From Tubulanus polymorphus (taxonomy: Eukaryota; Animalia; Nemertea), in assembly GCF_964204645.1 (NCBI RefSeq), contig NC_134034.1:11854962-11918961 (forward strand): DNA of 64,000 nucleotides, given 5' to 3'. The position numbers and the translations under genes are program-made. Below the pieces are notes generated by a model. That model had not been told where the DNA came from. It searched no databases and worked only from the letters and a program-made list of their open reading frames with translations. The stretch's first letter is position 1. Every line of letters starts with the position of its first letter. Of this stretch, positions 1-10,774 are shown in pieces.

Positions 1-169
1 ACCAAAAAAAGACCATAATTTTGTAGATTATTTCGTAGATAAGGGCCATTCTTTAGACGCAGCTAGCTACATATAACACCAATCAATAAAACTGATCCCT
101 GAATCTAATTTAGCATGAATAAAAAGATGAAAAAAATAAAAGTTAATCATTTCATTAGATCATACGTAC

Positions 170-385
170 TGTTGTACTGTGCAGAGCTTCCGCCCGGAAT
201 CCCAGATGATCTGGAATTTTTCCGGGGTTCTTTTGGCCCGTTCACAATTGAAGTACTCCATCAGTTCCTTGTGTTCGACGTCTTTTCGTTCGCGCACGAG
301 CATCGTTTTGTATTTCGGACAAAAATGGCCGCTCCTTATCGGGATCTGATCGGCTTCAATTTTGTGCGCTAGAATTGAGTCGTCT
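170..385 (-). CDS. Exon 2 of the same secreted protein (DDSILAHK...GHFCPKY...YFNCE...KLCTVQQ); continues off the left edge
   Basis: Polypyrimidine acceptor tctccgtgtctttcag fits phase 2 of exon 1; open frame (ORF 160-396); donor gtacgt at 169 or gtatga at 165. Confidence 0.7.
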
Positions 386-881
386 CTGAAAGACACGGAG
401 AGATCGTGGGATTTAGACGGGGAAGTCTAGAAATGTTGAACAAAAATAAAAACTACCGAACAGACGCCACCGTCGGATGCAAATATAAGTTATTGTACAA
501 AACAGGCTGTAATTGGACAGTTTTCCCAATGATGCGGGACAATAGGTTTTAGAAACAGGTGCCATTCTATCTAGACTTAATCATTTGTCAAATTACTCCA
601 AGATCTTGACAAGCGGCCCGATGAAAATAGAATAACATAAGGGCGGGGTCGAAACAAAGTGATATCATTATTTGTTGCATTTGAAGGCTCAAAGCTTTGC
701 TGATATGGATGATGTTGGAAATCACTGTTGAGTCCAAAGCCTTTAGGGCAAGTTTTTAAAGACCAGTTTCAACTTAAACCCAGTGCGCTAACTCAATTGG
801 GTTAACCTCCTCGATCCAGTTCCACTTTTCGGCTTAAGAGTTAACTCATCGAAAATGAACTGAATTTGTGGAACTGATCCT

Positions 882-988
882 GGGGCCGGTTTTATAGACT
901 GGGGTTAACTTTTTTAACCCAGGCGCGTTCATTTTCAATTGAGTTAACCCCGGGATTAAAGCTGATACCAGTCTATAAAACCGACCCC
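882..988. mobile_element. MITE with TIR GGGGCCGGTTTTATAGACTGG
   Basis: 21-bp TIRs; same GTTCATTTTCAAT core; right end partly re-duplicated at 989-1023. Confidence 0.72.
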
Positions 989-1641
989 GGCTTAAGGTTG
1001 ATACTAGGCTATGAAAACGCCCCGTATTTTCCGGAAGGTTACGAAACTGTTGAAGTGAAACAGTCGAAGAAGACTGGATCAACACTGTTGATAATAATAA
1101 ATAACGTTACGAATTCCACATTTCACTTCTACAGAACAAAAATTGGTTTCGATCAAAAATAATATCATTTTTATACATATATATTTTCCGATGAAGTATT
1201 AGTTCAAAATTTGTGGCGACATATGTTCGAAATCTGAAACGTTTAATTGTAATTAGATGCCGTTGAGTTTTTTTCGTCTGCAACATGTGACCGAAGTAAA
1301 AACATGTGCTAAAACGTATTGTATAGGAAAGAAATCAGCGCTTAAACACATCGGGTGAACACTCAGTTAATACGGTACGTGAGCGTGTTTGCAGAATTGT
1401 TATTGATTGAAAAAGTCCTACGCTCTAAAAAAAAAAAAACATTGAATGATTTCAAAATTTCCTCCGATATAAGATATAAGAACCAACTATACAAATTAAA
1501 ACCGTTATTAAAACTGAAAAAAAACTGATATATTTTCAAATCTTTAATCATCGTAGGTGAATTCAAAGTTGGGTTTGTGTGAATCGGTGTGCGCTGGGGG
1601 ATCACAGATTTTATAAGCCTTCATTAGCTTCATCTAATCTC

Positions 1642-1755
1642 CTGCACCCAGTTCCACAGTTGTGAGTTAGAGTTAACTCTGAGTTAAAGTTAGTTCATTT
1701 TCAATGTTTTAACCCAGGGTCAAATCTTAACTCAGAACTGTGGAACTGGACCCAG
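1642..1755. mobile_element. Copy of the 114-bp MITE
   Basis: Same TIRs and core; ACCCAG direct repeats at 1712-1717 and 1750-1755. Confidence 0.78.
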
Positions 1756-2957
1756 CACATTATATTCAAATATTTCATATGTGTATATTCTCGTATATCT
1801 CTGGTAATTTACGACGTAATGTTGTAATTTATTGTGGAAATAAAATTATTATTGAATTATCATTATTAATTGTTATAATATAGAAAGTGATTATTTTAAA
1901 ACTGATTATGGCTCACGCTAGTTACGCCGGTATACGTGCGACGTGACGTCGAATGCCACTCTAAACAATATCATTTTGATTGATAATAATAACGGTGTTG
2001 TCTATTGTCCTCCGAAGGTCCATTTCTATATAGAAGACTGACTTGACCCGAATCGTATTCAGAGAACAGATAGATATATATATTGAAAGGGCGACATCCG
2101 TTTATCGCCCGTGTATGTCATAGTAGAATAAAGAAAAAACAATTTAATTTTTTAAAAGATGAAGTATATACTTTATGAAGGCGTTTGAAACCATTAAGAC
2201 GGTAAAAGTAATTTATAACGCCACTGTTGAGACAGATGAAACGGTGTTTTCATTGAATTTGAGTAAGATTGTGCAAATCTGTTCTCTAAAAAACTGTTTT
2301 CGCGTTAAAAGAGCGGCGCATTTAGAAGTCCCGTTATTTGATTACGTAACAGACGGGGTGGAGTAAGTTCTAACCTTGGACCCGATAAACGAAAATTTTA
2401 GATTGCAGCTCCTGGTGTTGAACCCGACTGGCTCAATTCGACTCTAATTCAGGCAAACGCCTAGGGTAAAGTTAATAATGCCAATCTATAAAACTAGCCC
2501 CACAAGTTCAACCGAGATATAGTAACTGTTTACAATGTTGGAATACTTTTAAATGATTTATAAAAATTCGCTTGAAGAATAACGAACAAAAAAACGAATC
2601 CATTTCTACGTGAGAGTCTTTCATCGATGGTTGATAACCCGAGGAAACATTTCGAATTTAAATTCTATTCTCGGTGAAGGATTTTTTTAGATAATTGTTT
2701 AGGGACTAAATCGTAGTATGATCGTAGTATTATAATATAATAATAGAAGCCCATGCTCTTAGACGAGAAGAATAGAATACGTAATAAGATAATGATAGAA
2801 TGAAACCCGCTATCACACCTGACACCCGGAGAAGTCCAAAAACTTCTTTCGATTTCAATTCTTCGTAGAAAAGTTTCGTTTTCGATCTATTTTGAATTTA
2901 GTGGGTTTCAATCTTATATATTCACGTTCTTATCGCTAGATTTAATCGCCGTCTTAC

Positions 2958-3073
2958 CCTTTGATAGCGTTATCTGAGTCCATATCCATGTCGAGCACGT
3001 TACCATTAGTCCGTTGAAGGACGAACAAAGCGAGTAGAATAGCCCGCATGAGCGGGTTACAGGCGTTAGCCAT
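2958..3073 (-). CDS. Exon 1 of an unidentified secreted protein (MANACNPLMRAILLALFVLQRTNG-NVLDMDMDSDNAIK)
   Basis: ATG at 3073, hydrophobic signal-peptide-like core, donor GG|gtaag (phase 2), TATA box upstream. Confidence 0.72.
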
Positions 3074-3224
3074 CGGACAGAGCGTTTTGATTTTCGTTTC
3101 TTGATTCACTATTCGAGCGTTTTATGTATTTTTCCGATGGAATAGACCAAAAATTATTTCAATAATGCTCTATCCTCGTTCGGCTTCCTCTTCGACGAGG
3201 TTGACAGTCGAGGTTCGGGCACGG

Positions 3225-3290
3225 GCCGTTTATATACACGCGACGGACGGTGACTCGATTGGTCGCGAGCGATGCCGTACGGCCAATCAA
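3225..3290 (-). promoter_or_regulatory. Core promoter: TATA box plus two oppositely oriented CCAAT boxes
   Basis: TATATAAA on the minus strand near 3228-3236; ATTGG near 3258 and CCAAT near 3283; CpG-rich; about 150 bp upstream of the ATG at 3073. Confidence 0.6.
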
Positions 3291-3897
3291 CGACGGAGTT
3301 TAGGCTGTCGTCATTGTTCGGCTGCCCGATCTACAGCTGTTCAGATCGGATTTTGTGGAAACGCGATGATTGACTTGTGTAACGGAATCAATGTTTCGTA
3401 TCGGATTCGTTTGCGCTGACCGGGTATTGTTTTCCGCCAAATATAAAACCACATTCTATAATGTACGAATGAACTCGGCCCGATCGATCGATCAGATCGG
3501 CTTTTTATATAATATTTGAATTACCAATTTGAAAAAGTGTTGCAGCTATGAATTCGGTAATTCGAGGGGAGGAGTATCTTTGTGGAACTGTTTGGATTCA
3601 GAGATTTAGAAAATTGATGATCTGAAAATATATAAACATAATCTGAAACATCAGTTTCTGTAAAGCGTATAGATAATTGTAGAAGCAGTTTTTCATGAAC
3701 ATTTCTTGAATGAAAATGGCGTCAGAAACATTTCAGATTATTATTATGATTATCATGATTATTATTATTATTATCGTGCAGCGAGTAAGGCGTGGAATGT
3801 GCAAAAAGAAACTAAAGATTTCATAAATTCCTCGTTTATAGTTTCTTTTTACCTTTATGGAATTAACGAAATTATCGTAGCAATTACAATCAAAAAC

Positions 3898-4178
3898 CAG
3901 GGGCGGATCCAGGTTGCCTTCCATGCCTTCCGGAAGGCAGTCAAAATTTTTAGGTTCCCTCAAAAATCAAAGTAATAAATTTTTCTTTCAACTCTGAGAA
4001 AAAAATTGCCCCTGGCATGCTTTCAAAAACGAAGTGGTGGTTTTCCGATGGAATTAGGGCGTCGCCGCTGCGCGGCTCGCTCGCTGACTCAAGTGCAGAC
4101 AATTTCTCTTATGATTACAATAATATGCCCTATTAAATCTAGGAAGGCAATCAAGTTTGCCCTCTGGATCCGCCCCTG
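3898..4178. mobile_element. Non-autonomous DNA transposon, TIR CAGGGGCGGATCCAG, 5-bp TSD (aaaac)
   Basis: Perfect 15-bp TIRs; identical 5-mers on both flanks. Confidence 0.78.
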
Positions 4179-5553
4179 AAAACCTTAATAATAATGATAA
4201 CAATAATGATAAATAACTAATTATATATTTTGTTTCTTGAAGGTGGGTTCTCTGCACTGGCGGCTATTTCTAAAATCAATTCTGATTTGAACATTTTCGA
4301 AGAATTGCATTCGTAATTTTTTAAGAAACGCTAGCTGCATATACAGTGATATGTACACTTTGTAAGTCGGAAAACATGTCTAATAAATCGATCCCGGCTT
4401 GTCTTGTGTTTCTAGGAAGCTCGTTCATTGTTTGAAAAATCTGTAGTGCGAAATACGAACCGTTTCGAATCGGTTTACTTCGCGCGTCAAAACTCGCCGG
4501 ATCAATCCGACCGCGTGAAAATACTGAATTTATGCCGACGCAGCAGTTCGGGGGATTCGTTACAAAATCGGGCTAATTGGACTTTGACAGCTGCTAGACG
4601 CGCACGTCTGAGATGGATCGGCCTCCTCAACGTAAACGGGTTTTGATTTCATTTCGACTTTTTCAACCTCAACCCACTAGGCGCCACGCACGGTGTTGCT
4701 AGTGGGCTCGAGAGACCAGAAAAAATCGTCGCGCTCGACTAATAAAAGATCTGTTGCCATCATGATTCGAACCCATAACCCTTGGATTAACAAAACCGGT
4801 GGCGGCAACGGGTGGGATTCCAAGACGTCGAAATTCACACCTCCGTTCATAACGATTGTATAAGTCATTAATTGTCTGCTTAATCACAAATTTCTTTCTT
4901 TTTAAATTTTGCAGCCCATCCATCTTCCCAGCGCCCTTCTCAAAGAATCTCCCGAAGCCAAATATGATCTTGAAATGATCTTAAATCGAAATATAGATTA
5001 AGCATGATAACTATAATCATTTATGGAATGTCGAATAAGCAAGATAAATAAATAAATATAAGGATATTTAACTTTTCAAAGTTTCTTCTAAAAGCAATTA
5101 TATACAATTTACAAGAATGAATAGATGGGCTTTTCGGATATTTTTAGTGATAGAATTCCAGGAGCTGAGATTGCAGGAATTTGGCCCAGAACTTTTTCCT
5201 GCCTTTTCTTTTGGTATATACACTTTTCTATTAACTGTTAAAAGCGGTGCGACGAAAATTTAATGTAGGCATCAGTTATAGAAAAGTCGTGATTTGGAAC
5301 ATGTAATCGACGCGCACGCACACGCGAGTCAAGCATACGACTCCTCCACACACAGTTCATACTGTGTTGATTTATCGTTTAAAATGTGCACCTGTTTATT
5401 GCGTACAGACTGCGAATCGATTCGAACCTTTTGTCGAATGTCGTTAAAACTAACATCAGGCCCTGTTCACGTGATTATTATAGAAACGCGCTCTTTTCGC
5501 AGTGGTGTTCATTGACGCGCAAAACCCGTTATTCCCGATTCGGATTCAACGGA

Positions 5554-5780
5554 TTTTCTGGTCTCCTGAAGTTCGTTGTAACGAGGTTCCACTGTATTTA
5601 GAACTGTCGGCTATCATGAACATATTTTCTGGTCTCCTGAAGTTCGCTGTAACGAGGTTCCACTGTATTTAGAAGTGTCGGCTATCATGGACAGATTTTC
5701 TGGTCTCCTGAAGTTCGCTGTAACGAGGTTCCACTGTATTAAGAACTGTCGGTTATAATGGACAGATTCTCCTGAAGTTC
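5554..5780. repeat. 71-bp tandem x3 containing a pogo/Tigger-like end (GAGGTTCCACTGTA)
   Basis: Period 71; the reverse TIR-like cagtggaacctcg occurs near 48655. Confidence 0.75.
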
Positions 5781-7295
5781 GTACTATACTTTATTGAGGT
5801 ACCAGTAGTCATTTTGCTAACTTTTTGCTAACATTTTGCTACTTTTGATAACTCAGCTACACCGGCGAAGGCAACATTCCTCGATCTATCATCATGCGGC
5901 GAAAAACCAAAATTCAAACTTGGACAAAACATCGTTTGCGATTTTAACAAACTTCATTTTTTACTCCTCATTTATATTTTATTTATCACTCAACATCTTA
6001 TGAAGCTCACACAACGCTAAACGGATTAACCATTATCAATAACTAATTAACTAGTAGTTGGAAGCTAGTTAGCTTATAATAATCTGCTAATAAATCAATT
6101 GTTTTAACTAACTTTCTTCGTCGCTAGAATTCTATTCAATTAAACTTATCGAATATTGTATCGTAAATTTTGACTGCGAAAATCACTTCAATTAAAACAA
6201 TTCGTTAAAGAATCATATTTTCATTTGTAACAACAATTAACAACGACTTAAAATCATTATTTTACAAACTGTTCATCGTTTTATTTATGAGTGAAAAGAA
6301 AAACTGGCACATACGTGGCTATTTACGCGAACACGAATATTGTATGCAAAAGCTGCCGTAGTCATTCGAATTCAAATATTCTAAAATAATAAAATTCGAT
6401 CATTTAAATATTTACAATTGATCGATAATTATTTACAAAAAGTATCATTTACAAATGTATAGCGTTACGGCTAATAGAGGGCGGCCTTACGCGTAATTAA
6501 TAACTTAACGTAAGAAAACTACTTATTTATAAGCCAAAAGATGGCGCCCTTGTAGACCAATATATACATTAAGTTCAAAAGGTGGCGCCCTCACAGAAAA
6601 CATAATAAGATAGAAAATTTGAACATTGAAAATATCAATAAATCATAAAAATATGATGGGTTGGGTAGGGGTGCCTCGCAGGGGGGGGGGGGTAGGGGTA
6701 GACATGGTGGCGCACTCACAGAAATTACAACCATGAATCATCCTGCAACTATATACAATAGATCAGCAATATACATTAATATATATATATACAGTTAATA
6801 TACATTACAAATAAATATATAACTGCCATAGAGTTTTACTGGCAAAATTATGTTCTACGGAGTCAAGAAACGCAGTTCCGCAGTTAAGAGTTGAAGTTGA
6901 ATTAGTTCATTGACAATTTAGGAAGTAAACTGTAAGAGCTTAGAGTCAACTTCAACTCAGAAGTGTGAAACTAAACGCTTCATTCATCTTACTAAACACA
7001 AACCCCGAGCTCTGAATCGCAGAGTTCCGATGAAACCAAGATTATCTTACCGACTAGTAACTTTATCGATAGTCAACATCGACGATAGCTACGGTATATT
7101 TGGCGGCGAAATCTAGGGAAAAAATTCCCAAATCAAAAGTTAATTAACATCATACAGCAGCAGAATTCATCATCGTTAATGATAATACATGTTATTTTGG
7201 TTTATATATACACGCAGAGGCGAAGCACCATTTTACAAACATTTTTCAATGAAAATATCATTTTTTATTCCGCTGCCAAATTCGTTACGATGCCA

Positions 7296-7690
7296 TGGGA
7301 TCATTCATTTATTAGGTACGCGTTTAATTTGATTTTTAACCCTTTCAGCGCGTCTACACCGCAGTGTGGTGTATAAATCAGTGATAGATTTTGCGAGTAC
7401 ATCGCAACGCGGTGTATTGATGTAATTAGTAATTATCCCTCATGAAAAATGGCAGCACGTGTCAAACATAGTAAAATACTAGTAACTAACGATACACCGC
7501 GCCGCGGTGTAGACGCACTATAGTGGTATTCCCGTTGTTCAACACACTAGGGTGGAATTTTTTAGAATTTTCAAATTATCTCCAGCACTATAGGGTATTA
7601 ATTAGTCAGCACTGAAAGGGTTAAGTATTACAGCATACAATTGTACTTGAGCCCTCCTCAAATGCGTACGTAATAAATGAATGACTCCCA
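7296..7690. mobile_element. MITE with TIR GGGA(G)TCATTCATTTATTACGTACGC, host of the piggyBac insertion
   Basis: ~26-bp inverted termini; relative at ~56841-57266. Confidence 0.7.
7340..7620 (+). mobile_element. piggyBac-type MITE with TTAA TSD, nested in another MITE
   Basis: TTAA|CCCTTTCAG...CTGAAAGGG|TTAA; three internal TACACCGCAGTGCGGTGTA-like palindromes. Confidence 0.88.
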
Positions 7691-8447
7691 TATTTGGCAT
7701 CAATCCTAACGGCAGCATTATAAAGGACTTTTTCTGTAGAAACATTTACACGGGCTAACATTGAAAACATCCGGATATTTACATTTCACTGACTTAGAGA
7801 TGGTTATATTTGAGGTATTGAATACGTGGGGGTCAGCTGAATTCATTTTGACCATTTACAAATAGTTTTATGAATACGGTCGAACTAAGACGTTATTTGG
7901 ATAAGTCTTCGTCACACAACACTTAAGTTTCCTCTATTTTTTAATATCAATTTGTATTTCAAATTCAATCTACTAAGTGTAAGTCATCACATAAGTCATC
8001 AACGCAATGAGTGTCACGATTGTGACGAATTAAGTTTCACTGTTAAAAAGATTTTGATGATCTCATAACAAAAATTGAGTAAAAAGAGGCTATTAAAGAG
8101 GGTGAATTCTACAAACAAGCAGGTTGCACTTTACTTAGCACTTCTGAAACAAGACCCACCCTCTCCACCCTCTCTCTCTCTCTCCCTCTCTCTCTCTTTC
8201 TCCCTCTCGTTCAGATGTTTTATCTGAAAATGCATAAATATTGAATTTTCAATTATTAAAAACAACACACTTTGTTTCGTGTTCAGTGCAAATTCAATAC
8301 TAGTTCACGTTTCAAACTGTTGAGGAACATATGTTTAACTGTGATACACTGATACATACAATACACATTGAAAGCAAACATCCCTCTCTCCCTAAACGAA
8401 CAATTCATAGACCGTTTGTTCGTGAAATGACTGTCGGCTCCATAAAT

Positions 8448-8700
8448 CACCCTATGACATCATAAGTTCAAGTGATTTGAACTACAGACAGTCTAGAAAA
8501 GAAGGTTGTTTCAATAAACCACCCTATGACATCATTAGTTCAAGCGATTTGAACTACAGACAGTCTAGAAAAGAAGGTTGTTTCAATAAACCACCCTATG
8601 ACATCATTAGTTCATGTGATTTGAACTACAGACACTTCTAGAAAAGATGGTTGTTTCAATGAATCACCCTATGACATCATCAGTTCATCAAGTGATTTAT
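8448..8700. repeat. 72-bp tandem x3.5 just downstream of the ATG9A stop
   Basis: caccctatgacatcat at 8448, 8520, 8592 and 8665. Confidence 0.85.
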
Positions 8701-8757
8701 TCTATACAATAGAAATGGCTACACAAATCAATCGATCAATCAAATTTCATTGATTGA

Positions 8758-9137
8758 TCAACTGCGCCTATAACCGGTCGCCGAAGTTTGATTGATAGGT
8801 TGTAGTTCTATATCTTGAGGAGACAACGGTCGAGGGGGCGGAGTCGGGAAACTCGAGGGCGGAGCTTCGTTGTCCGAGCTACTGTCGTCGCTGTGGTAAC
8901 TGTGGTAACTGTCTCCCAGTAACCGCGTGTCATCCTCCTCTCCGATGCTGGGTAAAGCGACGACAGCTGGACCAGCGCTCTGATGCTGCTGATGCTGCTG
9001 CTGATGCTGTTGCCACAGTAACCGCGCGCGTTGATCTTCGACCTCGTGATACGACGATTGAACGACGCGTTGATGGTGAATCTCGTGAAGATAGAGGGCG
9101 CTCAAACTCATTTCGGCCGACATCAATTCCAGAGTGC
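8758..9137 (-). CDS. ATG9A: ATG9A last coding exon (GTLELMSAEMSLSALYLHEIH...GYRRS*)
   Basis: ttttag acceptor, conserved EMSLxALY motif, Q/H run, TGA at 8758-8760. Confidence 0.92.
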
Positions 9138-10733
9138 CTAAAATTGGAAAAATAACAATTACTGATTTGACAGTCGAGATAAAGATGGCGCTGAAATCAT
9201 TCTGTAGATGATCGAACTAATGAAGAGTCAACAGAATCCATTTCAATAAATGTTATTTCGTGATTCATCGGTCAGTTGATCAGTTGTCGCAAAGTTACAT
9301 CAATTTGGATAAATACCATAGTACCATTAAAATTGCTTTGTTATTATGGTATCTGACCACCAGGTAACTTCAACAAACTTTTAACCAACTTACTTTCTTA
9401 GAATTGCATACAATTCGTCAAGGGGAAAGACGACATTGTGAGCATATGTACAGGGTCGAGTTTCAAATTGAAGTTTTTCAACTCTTTTCTTTTTAATCAG
9501 CGGAAATCTAAAACAATTCCGTTTCGTGAAAGCGACCGTAGTCGGTTTCGCGACGACGATGACAGATGTTGACCAGAGTTATATAAAAGTCGAGCAGGTG
9601 TTAAAGACACCGAGACTCATATTGACTCGATCATCAATACACGCGCGTTCAATATTGACTCAAAATGACTGACCTGGGAAACTATTCAAATACTACGCCT
9701 CATTATGTAAGCCATGTAAAGCTGACTGAATTGCACTTTCTATCAAATTTACTTTAAAAACACTAACTACTGTATTTGTACGTTGCATTTGTTCCATAGG
9801 CTTTGATTTAATTGAATCACACCTGTCATCGGTGCCCAAAATACTACGATCGGATGTCTACCTCTAAAAGTCTCCCAATGACATCATCGAATTACCGGGT
9901 ACATATCTAGTGATTCGATATCTTAACTTTAAGATGCAGATAGTTGTTTGATGATGACGACATTGAGATATTTTATGCATTAGTATTGGAATGGTGTATT
10001 GATTATTGCATCACTACGTAATTTGATGACGTCATATGGGGATTTTACGGAGGCGGGCATATTTTCTTTCCTTCAATCTAGCATTTTTACTACACTGCAG
10101 TATCAAAAGACAAGAACCGAAACAGTCTAAAGTCTTCTCTCTGACATCTAAAGTCTGATCCAAACAATTCCAAAATAGTTGTTTAACAGGGATGTTTTAA
10201 CCCTATCTATATATGAACCATACAACTCAGACATCACTCTTGAATTTTCATAATCCCAAAACATCAAAGTCGACCGGAGTCTACTGGACCCAGTAGTTCA
10301 ACCACAGTTACGATTTTATATTCATCTCATTGAAAATGAATTAAAAAATTTTACTCAAAAGTCTGCTCTAACCCACAGCCGTGGAAATGCATCCTGTATT
10401 AAAGTTTACATGGCCTTAGCTATTAGACTTCAGAAATAACAAATGCCTGACTGTTTATTATTTATTATTTTAATTATTAACAGATTTCAGTTAAGAATCA
10501 ATTCCTACAACCGCAACTGAAGTGTTACACGAGGTCTAACCAAGCCGGCTCTAAAACGGAAAGTTAAACACACTTTTAGATAGCCCTAATACAAGACAAG
10601 ACTTGTCCGAATACCGGTTTGCGAAAACAACGTTCCTCGATGCGCTAATCGCGCCGCGCGTACGTGCAATTAAAAAGTTTACTTCCTGATTTATCAAACA
10701 TTTCGAGAACGCAGTCTAAACATCACTGGCGTA

Positions 10734-10774
<41 letters not shown>

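Larger units (their letters stand above)
5950..8757 (-). other. Likely ATG9A 3' UTR
   Basis: AU-rich sequence after the stop codon, with a minus-strand AATAAA near 5978-5983; end point uncertain. Confidence 0.4.

Noticed and set aside
386-426. Alternative upstream acceptor (tttctag) for exon 2 of the secreted protein
   Set aside because: Direct splicing from the phase-2 donor would hit a stop codon; it would need an extra exon for which only a weak candidate (~1050-1085) exists.
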